From the IMG/VR virus record IMGVR_UViG_3300046733_000629: DNA of 64,000 nt; one strand, written 5' to 3'. Below are positions 1 to 10,582 of this stretch, piece after piece. Every line of letters starts with the position of its first letter. The first letter of the stretch is position 1. A model generated the notes under the pieces. It had not been told where the DNA came from. It saw only the letters and a list, made by a program, of their open reading frames with translations, and searched no databases. A program made the position numbers and the translations under genes. This stretch comes from a virus. Lineage: Duplodnaviria > Caudoviricetes.

Positions 1-2
1 CA

Positions 3-3000
3 CTAAGATTAACAAGTACAGATACTAAAAGAACATTAACAGTAAGTGGATCTGCTCAAGCATTACTAGGATTAAATGCAAACTATAATGCAAGCACAAC
101 ACAGACTTCAATAGACACAACGCACCAACAAGCGGCAGTGTTAATACAAAATTCATTAACAACAGCAGGTATCACAGATGTAGCTGTTAACTATGTTAGT
201 AACCAAATCGTAATAACGTCTGAAGCAGATAGTATTGATATGGGTACAGGAACATTTAACAACATAGCTGGATTTGATAGCGGTGTAACTAATGCTAGAG
301 AAGCTGGTGTTGTAAACGAATTTAATGCAGTAAAAAATGGAACACCACACTTTAGTGAATTAACTTCAGACAAAGATCCAGTAATGTTTAATATATTAAT
401 TTCAGATGATAGTGCATTAGAAGTTGAAACTAAGGGAAATATAGCAACTAAGTTCAATGGTTGGAATGTATTACAAGTACAACCTAAAGCAGGAACTCCA
501 TTGTTTAGTAAAAGTACAGACGGTTCTGATTGTGGAATATGTGCAGGTACATTAAGTAGAGATGGCAATGATGCAGAAGTAACAACCAACGAAGCACATG
601 GCTTTGAAGTTGGCGATTACGTAATGCTAGTGAATACAGATACTACTCCACCTATTGATGGTATACACAAAGTTACTAAACTAGGAACAGACAACAAAGT
701 CTTTTACATAGATGAATTTATTGAAAAATGTGGTAATGCAGTTTGTGTACTACCACTAGTTACAACAAGATTTGCAAACGAAAATATAAGCACAAATGCG
801 TTAGCTGATCCAACTTGGAATTTACCAGCTAACACATTGATATGGGAAAAGTTTAACAATGCAACATTGGGAACATGGGTATATTCAGTATCAGGATCAA
901 ACAAAACATTTGTAAGATCAACTACACATAGACCAACTCAGTATGATGTTGATAATATTATAATTTACAATCAAGCAGACAATACTACAAAAGTTCAGTT
1001 AGAAGCATACGATCCTATGAGAAAGGTTCTCCCAGGTGTTGCTATGCAAAACTTAGAATATATAGAAGTTGCAGATAATGCAATTTATAATACAAGTACT
1101 GATGATTCTACAGCAACTGATCAGAATAATGCATGGGGCACTGAGCAAGTAGGAACAAGATGGTGGGATACAAGCAAAGTACGTTACTATGATTATGATC
1201 AAGGTACTGTAAGTTATAGAACAGACATGTGGGGCAAACTATATCCTGGCAGCGAAATTGTTGTGTGGGAATGGATCCAATCTACAGTGGCACCAGATGA
1301 TTATGCAGACGCAGTTAAGTCTAGCAAAGAAATGTTTGGAGTTATAGCAACAGGTGAAGCATATTCAGTTGTTGATAACAAAACTAATGAAACCGATTAC
1401 TATTATACTATTGATAAAATTTGGAACAGCTCTACTAACGCATACGACAATGTTTACTACTTCTGGGTTAAGAATAAAACTACAATAAACAATCAAAGAT
1501 CTTTATCAGCATTTGATGTTGCATCAATGATTGAAAATCCAACACAGTCTGGTATTGCTTGGTATGCAGTATTAGATAGCAAAACATTTATTATCGATAA
1601 CATCAACTATTACGTAGAAGATAAAAATACAGTATTACAAATTAACAAAGCGCCAGACAAAGTTAACTCACATAATGAGTGGACACTTATTGCTAAAGAC
1701 AAAGATATCATTCCAGGATATTATGTTAGAGGTATGAAATATAATTTAGCAGGACAAGATCTTAATGCTTCTAAAATTCCATATCAAACTTTACATAGAT
1801 TTAGTAAGTATGGAGATAACTTCGATGAAGGGCAAACATGGTTTAATAATTTATACGAAGCTAGAAGAAATACAGCTACAGCTATAAATGGATTACTAAA
1901 AGATATTTGGATTAATGATCAATATCATAATACTTGGAACCGAACAGCATTCAACAAATCATTTCCAACATACTTATGGAACTGGATTGATTATAAATTA
2001 AAAACATACACAGGCACATTTAATCATACAAAGATTATTCCTGGTGCATATGATTTACTTAACGTAGATAGAACATATCACAATGTAGTTAAAGTTGTTA
2101 AACGAGGTGCAAATAATATTGACAGAAGTGAACTATATGCATATAATAATGTTACTAACGTTTGGGAATTAGTTCTTAAAAAGAATGTTACAATTGAACT
2201 TAATGTTGATGCATTATGTCCTACCAAAGGTTGGGATGCAGATGCATGGGATTCAGATAGATTTGATCAAGCAAACGTTGGCGAGTATTGGATTAAATTA
2301 ATAACAGCATTGCATGAAGACTTGTTCATTGCACACAACAAATATAAGATGAACGAGCTGTTCTTTATAATTGTTGATCATGTACTAAGTTCTTTACCAC
2401 AAACAAACTGGATAAGAAAAACAACGTATGTTAAATTAGAACTTACAAATTCATTAGATTCAACAACTAAAAAGTACACAAGAGATAAAACAAATAACAT
2501 AATTGGTTATGTTGAAGATGTAAAACCATATCATACTAAGATAAGTTCTACAAACATACGACATACAACAGATACAGAGGAAGTGAAGTTAACAGTATCT
2601 GATAGTAATCAAATATTATTATCAGAGAAAGCATACGATACATTAGAACTTTCTCCAACAGAATTATTAAACATTATAGTTCAAACAAATGCATCAGGAA
2701 ATACACATGCAACTGATTCATTAACATTTGCACATATACAAGATAATGCAGGCACAGTTAACGCATATGCATTAACAGAAGCATTAGAAACAACATTAAC
2801 AGCAGAACTTAATGCAACAGATACAACAATAACAGTAGCAGATACTACAGCATTTGCTAACACAGGTATGTTGTATGTAAATGGAGAACTAATTGAATAT
2901 AGCAAAACTAACGCAACAACGTTAGCGATAACAAATCGTGCAGTATTAAATACATTTGCTAGAAACACAGCAATAGGAGATTCAGTAACACAAGTTAATA

Positions 3001-3131
3001 CAACTCAACTTACATATGCTAATCCACAAACGGCACAAGCATATAACACAACAGGTGAGTCGATATTAGCTAGCTCTACCTCTACACAAGCACAAGAGTT
3101 GCAAGCAGCAGGAAAGGGTATTGAATTATAA
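3..3131 (+). CDS. C-terminal part of a very large baseplate wedge-type virion protein (partial; begins left of the window)
   Basis: Frame is open from base 3 (LRLTSTDTKR...) through the track ORF 138..3131. Trp/Tyr-rich motifs (WWDTSKVRYYDYDQG, WGKLYPGSEIVVWEW) resemble jumbo-phage baseplate proteins from memory; followed by other structural genes. Confidence 0.7.
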   Translation, partial: LRLTSTDTKRTLTVSGSAQALLGLNANYNASTTQTSIDTTHQQAAVLIQNSLTTAGITDVAVNYVSNQIVITSEADSIDMGTGTFNNIAGFDSGVTNAREAGVVNEFNAVKNGTPHFSELTSDKDPVMFNILISDDSALEVETKGNIATKFNGWNVLQVQPKAGTPLFSKSTDGSDCGICAGTLSRDGNDAEVTTNEAHGFEVGDYVMLVNTDTTPPIDGIHKVTKLGTDNKVFYIDEFIEKCGNAVCVLPLVTTRFANENISTNALADPTWNLPANTLIWEKFNNATLGTWVYSVSGSNKTFVRSTTHRPTQYDVDNIIIYNQADNTTKVQLEAYDPMRKVLPGVAMQNLEYIEVADNAIYNTSTDDSTATDQNNAWGTEQVGTRWWDTSKVRYYDYDQGTVSYRTDMWGKLYPGSEIVVWEWIQSTVAPDDYADAVKSSKEMFGVIATGEAYSVVDNKTNETDYYYTIDKIWNSSTNAYDNVYYFWVKNKTTINNQRSLSAFDVASMIENPTQSGIAWYAVLDSKTFIIDNINYYVEDKNTVLQINKAPDKVNSHNEWTLIAKDKDIIPGYYVRGMKYNLAGQDLNASKIPYQTLHRFSKYGDNFDEGQTWFNNLYEARRNTATAINGLLKDIWINDQYHNTWNRTAFNKSFPTYLWNWIDYKLKTYTGTFNHTKIIPGAYDLLNVDRTYHNVVKVVKRGANNIDRSELYAYNNVTNVWELVLKKNVTIELNVDALCPTKGWDADAWDSDRFDQANVGEYWIKLITALHEDLFIAHNKYKMNELFFIIVDHVLSSLPQTNWIRKTTYVKLELTNSLDSTTKKYTRDKTNNIIGYVEDVKPYHTKISSTNIRHTTDTEEVKLTVSDSNQILLSEKAYDTLELSPTELLNIIVQTNASGNTHATDSLTFAHIQDNAGTVNAYALTEALETTLTAELNATDTTITVADTTAFANTGMLYVNGELIEYSKTNATTLAITNRAVLNTFARNTAIGDSVTQVNTTQLTYANPQTAQAYNTTGESILASSTSTQAQELQAAGKGIEL

Positions 3132-3150
3132 CACTACTTTATCATAAGGC

Positions 3151-3157
3151 ATAAATA
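3151..3157 (+). promoter_or_regulatory. T4-like late promoter (ATAAATA)
   Basis: ATAAATA 20 nt upstream of the ATG at 3178, with AAGGA in between. Confidence 0.65.
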
Positions 3158-3177
3158 GTGTATAAGGAATAGGTATA

Positions 3178-3783
3178 ATGAAAACATTAAATGAAAAATC
3201 AAAAGTTGCAGTGGAAGGTCACGTTTTAATCAAAGATTTTGATACAGGTGAAGTACTACTCGACAAACACAACGCGATTAATTTCCAAAATTTTGCATTA
3301 GCAGTAGCTCATGCAATGGGTGGAGTGAATAATAGTGGTGGTAACAGTTATATTGTTAGCAAACTAGCGTTAGGTTATGGTGGTACATCGATTGACTCGG
3401 GTACAGGAGCTATAACTTATAATGCACCTCAAGTAACAGGTACTACAGGTGGATTATATACAGCTAGCCAAGACAACACAGACGCTAACAATCCAGTAGA
3501 CTTACAAGTCAATGTATCAAACTTTTACGTAACAGATACAGCAAATCAACCATATTCAGATCTAGTATGCAATACAGTATTAGATTATGGATTTCCAGCA
3601 GATGCTCAAACACTTGATAATGCAAGTGACTTTGATACAGCTGGCAATTTCGTATTTGACGAAATTGGTTTAGTTGACGGCACTGGTAACTTTTTAACAC
3701 ACTTAATTTTTCATCCTATCCAAAAAAGTAAAAATAGAAAATTAGAGATTATATATACTCTAAGAATTAGAGCAGGAGTTTAA
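3178..3783 (+). CDS. Virion structural protein, baseplate-associated
   Basis: 201 aa with motifs HNAINFQNF, FDEIGLV and IFHPIQKSKNR; lies between baseplate and fibre genes. Confidence 0.6.
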   Translation: MKTLNEKSKVAVEGHVLIKDFDTGEVLLDKHNAINFQNFALAVAHAMGGVNNSGGNSYIVSKLALGYGGTSIDSGTGAITYNAPQVTGTTGGLYTASQDNTDANNPVDLQVNVSNFYVTDTANQPYSDLVCNTVLDYGFPADAQTLDNASDFDTAGNFVFDEIGLVDGTGNFLTHLIFHPIQKSKNRKLEIIYTLRIRAGV

Positions 3784-3785
3784 AC

Positions 3786-4712
3786 ATGGCATATACAATT
3801 AACAAACACAATAACACAACAATTACAGTAGCCGATGATACCCTCAATGTGGAAACTAGCTTGCGTTTAGTAGGTAAAGACTATATCGGTTATGGTGAAG
3901 CTATAGCACAAAACTCTGTTAGCCTATTAGAAAATTTTGCAAGCGAGACAGCACCAACTAATCCAATTGAAGGTCAACATTGGTGGAAACCAAGCACAAC
4001 ACTATTAAACATTTATCACAACGGTTCGTGGTTAGGAATTGACGCAGGTACAGGTGTTGCTTCAATTTTAGATACAAACGGCATAGCTCATTCAGTTTAT
4101 GTAACACGTGCTAATGGTATTCCAGTAACTATAACAAGTTCAGATACAACAGCATGGGCAATAGCTCCAACTGAAACAGATTATCACCAATACTTTTTAG
4201 ATAATGGTGCTGGTAATACAGCAACTATCAACTCAGGTATCAATCTTAATACAGTAGTAGGATCTGCAATGAAGTTTCACGGAACAGCAACACATGCACA
4301 ATATGCTGACGTTGCAGAAATGTATACAGCAGACCAACAGTTTGAAGCAGGAACATTAATTATGTTTAGCGATGGTACTGGTGCAGAAGAAGTAACAGAA
4401 ACACAACATCAAAAAGATCCTAAAATATTAGGAGTTGTAACAACAGATCCAGCATTATTAATGAATTCAAAACTAACATCAACTGATAATAAATTTGCAG
4501 TAGGTGTAGCACTACTAGGAAGAGTTCCTTGTAAAGTTGTTGGAAAAGTTAACAAGGGTGATAGAATTTGCTCAAGTGATACAAAAGGACATGGAATGTC
4601 AGCGGATATAAATGTTGATGAGTATACATGGAAACATGTTATAGGCAGAGCATTAGAATCCAAGTCAAGCGAAGACGCAGGTACTATCGAAGTTATTGTT
4701 GGAGTAAAGTAA
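3786..4712 (+). CDS. Tail-fibre/baseplate connector with C-terminal intramolecular-chaperone (peptidase G2/S74-like) domain
   Basis: N-terminus MAYTINK...LVGKDYIGYGEAIAQNSVSLLENFA; C-terminus YADVAEMY...LGVVT...ALLGRVPCKV...KGD...IGRALE. Confidence 0.7.
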   Translation: MAYTINKHNNTTITVADDTLNVETSLRLVGKDYIGYGEAIAQNSVSLLENFASETAPTNPIEGQHWWKPSTTLLNIYHNGSWLGIDAGTGVASILDTNGIAHSVYVTRANGIPVTITSSDTTAWAIAPTETDYHQYFLDNGAGNTATINSGINLNTVVGSAMKFHGTATHAQYADVAEMYTADQQFEAGTLIMFSDGTGAEEVTETQHQKDPKILGVVTTDPALLMNSKLTSTDNKFAVGVALLGRVPCKVVGKVNKGDRICSSDTKGHGMSADINVDEYTWKHVIGRALESKSSEDAGTIEVIVGVK

Positions 4713-7439
4713 ATGCCCACTAAGCCGGCCAAAGTATTAACAGGCACCATTATTGATGCCACACACATGACAGATCTTATGAATTATTATAATGAGATTT
4801 GGGCTGGCGGATCGTATGCATACGATGCCAATCATAGTTCATCAACTGATGATAGAAGATTTGGTTGGGGACAGACTACAGCAACATTAATACCAACACC
4901 AATTACTGGTGAACTAATTACAGCTGATGTTTTTAACCAAGCAATAGCACAAGTAAATGCAGGGCAATATCATATAAGTGATTTACCAGGAAACTTATTA
5001 ATTAAACTTGGCGTAGGCGACAAGATATTAAATACACGAGGAGCAAGTCCAGCTAACGCACCTGCTCATTACAATAATATAATATCCAAAATTGAAAATT
5101 TACAAAACAATAAGTATGTAGTTGACTGGTCAGATTGGGATAAAGATAGACTTATATCTCTCAATACGCAACCATGGGACGAAGATTTATCAGTTGTACA
5201 CAAGTTTTCTTTTACAGATTATAACGAAGCTAGACACTTTTTTAACAGTGGCGGAGAGCTAACATTAGAATTAGAAATGGATCCGGGTGGACCTCCAGGT
5301 AATGATGTATGGAGACAAGTGTTTGATCAATTTGATAGTATTAGAATTGGTGCAGAAACTTGTAGAGTAGTTGCTGATAATGTATATGATATATTGTCTA
5401 CAAGCACAGTAAACCCAAAAGGATTCTACAATGGTATTGCATTTGGACAAGACTTTAGTACTATATTAGATGCAGGTGTATTTAAGTTTGCTGGAGCACA
5501 AGGCGAATACGAATATGCATATGTTTACGTGTATAGTGAATACAACAGTAGAAGAATTCAATTACAAATTAAAGCAGATGAAGTAGGTGGAACATTTAAC
5601 GTATATGTTAGAGTTAACCTAATAGAAGATGAAGATGATACATTTGCAATTTCTCAGCCTATCAAATTATATTCAGGTTGGGTTAATCCAACACAAGCAC
5701 CAGTAAGTGGTGATGGTAATGAAAGTTACATGACTGCTAATAGTGGAACTATATATAGATTTGATGAAAGAACAGCTCCTATCATTACAGAAGATACACC
5801 ATGGAATAAAGTAGACCTTGCATCAGGCATGCAATTAGATGCTAATGGAGGTAAGGATTGGGTTGGTACTACATTACGTAACATACCAGTAGCATACTTA
5901 ACAGTTGGCAAGCAATATGTAATTAAAACTATAGGCACCACAGACTGGACAACAGTAGGTGCATCAGACAGTAATTTAGAAACAGTATTTACAGCAACAC
6001 AAACGGGTGTTGGAACTGGTATAGCAGACGAAATACAAACAGCATCAACAGATCCAGGTATTAACTGGTACAACAAAGGTCGTTGGGGCTTCAGCACAAA
6101 ATTCCAACTTCCAGCAACTACTATAACACCTACAATAGGTAACACAACAGTATTTGTTGAACCTGTAAGTATCAATAGAGGACAATACTCACAAGACATT
6201 ATAGCAACATTAACAGATGTATCTGCAACAGCAAGTGCATCAAATGTAACAATAACATTCTATGATCAAGCTGGTGCGGCGTTAGCTTCACCAACAGTAA
6301 CTTATGCAAATAACAAAGCAACGGTTGCAGAAGCAGACTTACCTACAGTTTGGCACAGTGCAAAAGCAACTGATGTTGCAAGTGGATGGAGTACAGCAGG
6401 ATTAGCGTATGTAAATAATACAGCACCTGTTCAGCCCACACAACCTGCATCGTATCAACTTACAATGATTAAAGATGGTGTAGTGTCAACGGACAACGTT
6501 GCAGAAGATGGAACACAAATTAAAATTAAATTAAACACTACTAATGTTGCAGACGGAGTGTTTAGTTATGAAATTAGTGGAAACAATATCACAACAGCAG
6601 ATATTAATAATGCATCACTAACAGGATCATTTACAACGACAAATGGTGTTGGTGAAGTATTGATAAACATTTCAGCAGATTCACTGACTGAAGGAGTTGA
6701 AACATTAACATTTAGTATACTTAATACTAGTGCATCAATAAATGTTTTAATTAACGATACAAGCATTTCGCCTACAGTATACACAAACAATTATGACGGT
6801 GTTAGTGTTTTCCAACAAATGGAACAAACTGCAGCCAATAACTTAACACCTACATTAACAGGATGGGTTAAAGTTACTGATGGAAGCGGCATACTAATTT
6901 CTAATTCAGAAAGAGACAATGTAATTGCAGCTTTACAATCAGACAATGCAGTGGCAGACTTTGTAAATACATTTAGTAATGATGGATATACTACTAGTAA
7001 TACAAATGACTTATTAGCACTTGCAATTCAAGATACTGTAACAGAGTGGAACAATGCAGTTAATGCAGTAGGTTTGTCAAATATTAATGGATATTCAGCA
7101 ATATACAATTCTGGAACAATTTTAACACAAGGTATGTTAGGATCAACATATACTTCGCCAACGTCAGGTGCAGAGTACACTAGAACAGATCCAGCATCAC
7201 ATACTACAATAACTTATGCACCAAACCTTAATACAAATGATTATCTATCATTAACAAATGGTAACATAGCTGCTCTAGAAGATGCTATCAACGGTGCTAG
7301 AGGTGTTACAATGTCAGCTAGTGAACGTGCCGTTATTATTGCACTTGTAACAGCATTAGCAAATACTGTAATAGCTCTTGTTAATGCATTAACACTAGAC
7401 TTAGATATACACGATTACACACGTTCAAATAACAGCTAA
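4713..7439 (+). CDS. Tail fibre / receptor-binding virion protein (908 aa)
   Basis: N-terminal GWGQ...EARHFFNSGGEL module, GKQYVIKTIGTTDWTTVGA motif, Ig/Calx-beta-like segment, Thr/Asn/Ala-rich tail. Confidence 0.65.
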   Translation: MPTKPAKVLTGTIIDATHMTDLMNYYNEIWAGGSYAYDANHSSSTDDRRFGWGQTTATLIPTPITGELITADVFNQAIAQVNAGQYHISDLPGNLLIKLGVGDKILNTRGASPANAPAHYNNIISKIENLQNNKYVVDWSDWDKDRLISLNTQPWDEDLSVVHKFSFTDYNEARHFFNSGGELTLELEMDPGGPPGNDVWRQVFDQFDSIRIGAETCRVVADNVYDILSTSTVNPKGFYNGIAFGQDFSTILDAGVFKFAGAQGEYEYAYVYVYSEYNSRRIQLQIKADEVGGTFNVYVRVNLIEDEDDTFAISQPIKLYSGWVNPTQAPVSGDGNESYMTANSGTIYRFDERTAPIITEDTPWNKVDLASGMQLDANGGKDWVGTTLRNIPVAYLTVGKQYVIKTIGTTDWTTVGASDSNLETVFTATQTGVGTGIADEIQTASTDPGINWYNKGRWGFSTKFQLPATTITPTIGNTTVFVEPVSINRGQYSQDIIATLTDVSATASASNVTITFYDQAGAALASPTVTYANNKATVAEADLPTVWHSAKATDVASGWSTAGLAYVNNTAPVQPTQPASYQLTMIKDGVVSTDNVAEDGTQIKIKLNTTNVADGVFSYEISGNNITTADINNASLTGSFTTTNGVGEVLINISADSLTEGVETLTFSILNTSASINVLINDTSISPTVYTNNYDGVSVFQQMEQTAANNLTPTLTGWVKVTDGSGILISNSERDNVIAALQSDNAVADFVNTFSNDGYTTSNTNDLLALAIQDTVTEWNNAVNAVGLSNINGYSAIYNSGTILTQGMLGSTYTSPTSGAEYTRTDPASHTTITYAPNLNTNDYLSLTNGNIAALEDAINGARGVTMSASERAVIIALVTALANTVIALVNALTLDLDIHDYTRSNNS

Positions 7440-7446
7440 TTCACCA

Positions 7447-7475
7447 TTGACAAAAGCCGATAAATAGTTTATTAT
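7447..7475 (+). promoter_or_regulatory. Sigma70-type promoter with an embedded late motif
   Basis: TTGACA-17 nt-TATTAT; the spacer contains ATAAATA; GAAGGAG SD before the ATG at 7507. Confidence 0.65.
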
Positions 7476-7506
7476 ATACATATATAATTATATGAAGGAG
7501 TAGTCT

Positions 7507-7854
7507 ATGGACGAAAGACTTGAGAAGGCATTAGAGTTTAGTAATTATGCCTTAACAATTAATAACCAAAAACGTAACATTCGTAACAGAGTAGAGCAAT
7601 TACAAATTGTACACCACTTAGGCGGAGTGTTTAAAGCTGATCATGAAACTATTGGGTTTATTAAAACCTTAATTGATCTAGAACACAAACAGTTTATTGT
7701 AATTGATAGTAAACAAAATCCTATTACAGTTAGAAGTTTACAAGAATTATTTGATAAACTAGTAGATGCATATACGAGTGCTACTACTGAGTTTGAAATT
7801 GAAAACGAAAAGCTAAAGAAAGCACGTAACATTAAAAAAGTAATGGATTGGTAA
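7507..7854 (+). CDS. Conserved hypothetical protein, possibly a tail-fibre assembly factor
   Basis: 115 aa with a strong SD, directly after the fibre genes; function inferred from position only. Confidence 0.55.
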   Translation: MDERLEKALEFSNYALTINNQKRNIRNRVEQLQIVHHLGGVFKADHETIGFIKTLIDLEHKQFIVIDSKQNPITVRSLQELFDKLVDAYTSATTEFEIENEKLKKARNIKKVMDW

Positions 7855-8750
7855 TGACAGAATACTCAGCACCAAAAGGTGTTTGTTTCTATGCTTACAA
7901 TAATGATCAACTTGATTATGTAAGAATGGCATTGCTGGCTGGCAAGTATGTTAAGAAATACTTGAACTTACCAGTGTGCTTAATTACTGATGAAGGATCA
8001 GAAGCTTGGCTAGAACAAAGTAATCCTTCAGAAGTTGTTGACTCAGTGTTTGATTATATAATTGTAACTAACGATGAAATGAAATCAAATGCAAGACGAC
8101 ACTATGACAGTCCGTGGACTGAGTTTTCAGCACAATTTAATAACAGTAACAAACATAAAATTTATGAATACAGTCCTTTTGAAAAAACATTACTATTAGA
8201 TATTGACTATATTGTAAAGTCAGATAAACTATTAAAATACTTTGAAGGCGATCATAATGTATGCATGTATGATAATGCATTAACATTACGCAACGAACTA
8301 CCCGCTGACAGAGAGCGTTTCTTATATGACGCTGGTATTAAGATGTGGTGGAGTACAGTTGTGTACTTTGATAGAAGTGACTTTAGTAAAATGTTTTTTG
8401 ATACATGGGCTCATGTTGCAGACAATTATGAATTCTATCAATACCTATATAACTTTCCAAGTAAACTATTCCGTACTGATTATTGTGTTAGTATTGCAGT
8501 ACACATATTATCTGGTATGACAGGCGAACACGACTTGTTAGGAAACTTTGATAATACTTCTATGTATAACATGAGTCAAAAAGATGATTTAATAGAATCA
8601 GAAAATTTAACCGACTGGATATTTTTAGCACATAGTCCTAGAGAGCAATGGAAAAATATTTTAGTAAGATCAAAAAGTGATGTTCATGTTATGAACAAAA
8701 GAGCATTAGGTAGAGCCTTGCCAACCTTAATGGAGAAGTTTGATGTCTAA
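7848..8750 (+). CDS. GT-A nucleotide-diphospho-sugar transferase-like protein (GT8-like)
   Basis: SPFEKTLLLDIDY DxD motif, MWWSTVVYF and FRTDYCVSIA. Confidence 0.65.
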   Translation: MVMTEYSAPKGVCFYAYNNDQLDYVRMALLAGKYVKKYLNLPVCLITDEGSEAWLEQSNPSEVVDSVFDYIIVTNDEMKSNARRHYDSPWTEFSAQFNNSNKHKIYEYSPFEKTLLLDIDYIVKSDKLLKYFEGDHNVCMYDNALTLRNELPADRERFLYDAGIKMWWSTVVYFDRSDFSKMFFDTWAHVADNYEFYQYLYNFPSKLFRTDYCVSIAVHILSGMTGEHDLLGNFDNTSMYNMSQKDDLIESENLTDWIFLAHSPREQWKNILVRSKSDVHVMNKRALGRALPTLMEKFDV

Positions 8751-9612
8751 TGAACTGCTAGTTGAAAAAGAAGATAGAGGTTATTTAATTCTTGCAATGC
8801 AAGATTTTGAATATGAACAAGCCGCCGCTCTTGCATACAGTATTAAAATACATAACAAAGATGCTAGTGTAGCTATTGTAACAAATTACATGGACCGGAT
8901 ACCTCATCATCATCATGATATATTTGATTATATGATTGACCTTCCGTATGGTAGTAATGAAGTTACAGGAACTAATGAATGGCAACTGTATTGGTGTACA
9001 CCATATGTTCACAACATGGTAATCAATTGTGCTAGCTTAGTAAAAGAAAATCATAACAGTGCATGGGAATATTTAATTGACCATCACGAGATATGTTTCT
9101 TTTCTGATTCAACAGACTTTAAAGGTACACAGTTAGCTAATAAAAAATTAAATGTACTATGGGCTGAATATAGATTTAACACAGTACATAGTAATATGTA
9201 TTACTTTAAGCATGATACAGATGTATCGTTGGCATACTTTAAACTTGCTGATGTGTTTATGCAGAACTGGCGAGATGTATATTCTCATTACTTTAAAGAA
9301 CAACACAAACCAACACAATACAGCAACGATGTTATGCATAGCATTATTAACACAGTAGTATTACATGACGAAGTATTACAAAATAAAAATATAATTAACA
9401 CAGTAAACATGCCTATAACATTAACAGATGGAGTAATAGGTATATGGGACAAATGGACAGACAGATTAAATGTATGGTCTAGCAAAGGAGCTAAAGTTAA
9501 AATACAAAACTTTGCTATGTCTACTAATTTGTACTATGGGGAACAAGAGTTTCTAACACAAGAAATATTAGATGAGCACCGAGACACTTACAGAATTACA
9601 GCCAAGCGATAG
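8740..9612 (+). CDS. Degenerate paralogue of the preceding GT-A-like protein
   Basis: Same architecture (RGYLILA, LYWCTPY, MYYFK, SNDVMHSI) but no clean DxD motif. Confidence 0.55.
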   Translation: MMSNELLVEKEDRGYLILAMQDFEYEQAAALAYSIKIHNKDASVAIVTNYMDRIPHHHHDIFDYMIDLPYGSNEVTGTNEWQLYWCTPYVHNMVINCASLVKENHNSAWEYLIDHHEICFFSDSTDFKGTQLANKKLNVLWAEYRFNTVHSNMYYFKHDTDVSLAYFKLADVFMQNWRDVYSHYFKEQHKPTQYSNDVMHSIINTVVLHDEVLQNKNIINTVNMPITLTDGVIGIWDKWTDRLNVWSSKGAKVKIQNFAMSTNLYYGEQEFLTQEILDEHRDTYRITAKR

Positions 9613-10582
9613 TACTGAGAATTATAATAAAAGAAAATATTATATTCTCTTTGACCAAAAGACTGGCAAGATTAAAAAGATTAGTAACGCAGTACAACAA
9701 GTTCCCAATGGTTTAATGCAAACACAATCTTGGAATCCAGTATGTAAACATATTATCAAAGGTACTCAGAGCCTTAAGAAGTATGGAATGATATGGGACA
9801 TACAAGAAGAAAAATATGACATAGACTATCGTAGTACAACATTAATGATTGAATCAATTAATAATAAACTACAACCATTTAGTACAGAAGTTGATCCTAC
9901 AGTATCTGAAATGTTTGTAAAAGTATTATACGAAGACAATCAAGTACTAGTAGAAGTAAACAAAGATAATATTAAAAGTATTAAAAACCTAAGTGACATA
10001 ACAGAAATATCTACATCAGAAAATAAACTGTTAGATATTTTTATTACAAAAAAGCTAGACCCAGATTATCTAATTGATATTGTTGAAGTTGATCCACTTG
10101 TACTGTTTAAAACGGGCAAGCAACTAATAGAGTTAAACAGTGATATATCAGCTAAGGTTGACTGGAGTAACATAAGTTTATATTCAAAGTCAGTGTTTAA
10201 TAACTATGGTTGGACACTACAGTCTAGCTTAAATAAAAATCAACAGTTCTTAGGAACAAAAAGAGTTTTACAACACAATACCTACTCAGAAAGATCGAAC
10301 ATAAATATTAACGTAGTAGATAATATACTTCATATAGATAGCGATATATCTGACAAGGAGTTATATTATTTTGAAGGTAAGAACAAATTACGTTTTGTAG
10401 TATGCGATGGAAGCATTGATAAACTTGTTGGAGCATTTGAAGTAACAAGTGGACAACTACTACAAAAGAATTCAACACTAAGTATTGGATTTGATTGGCC
10501 TAGTAAGCCAATATTACTTTACAGAAACAATTACATAACAGTTAACACACACGGAGAGATTATAAATGACACAAATGACTAG
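9572..10582 (+). CDS. Hypothetical protein (336 aa)
   Basis: Long ORF overlapping both neighbours in operon fashion. Confidence 0.6.
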   Translation: MSTETLTELQPSDSTENYNKRKYYILFDQKTGKIKKISNAVQQVPNGLMQTQSWNPVCKHIIKGTQSLKKYGMIWDIQEEKYDIDYRSTTLMIESINNKLQPFSTEVDPTVSEMFVKVLYEDNQVLVEVNKDNIKSIKNLSDITEISTSENKLLDIFITKKLDPDYLIDIVEVDPLVLFKTGKQLIELNSDISAKVDWSNISLYSKSVFNNYGWTLQSSLNKNQQFLGTKRVLQHNTYSERSNININVVDNILHIDSDISDKELYYFEGKNKLRFVVCDGSIDKLVGAFEVTSGQLLQKNSTLSIGFDWPSKPILLYRNNYITVNTHGEIINDTND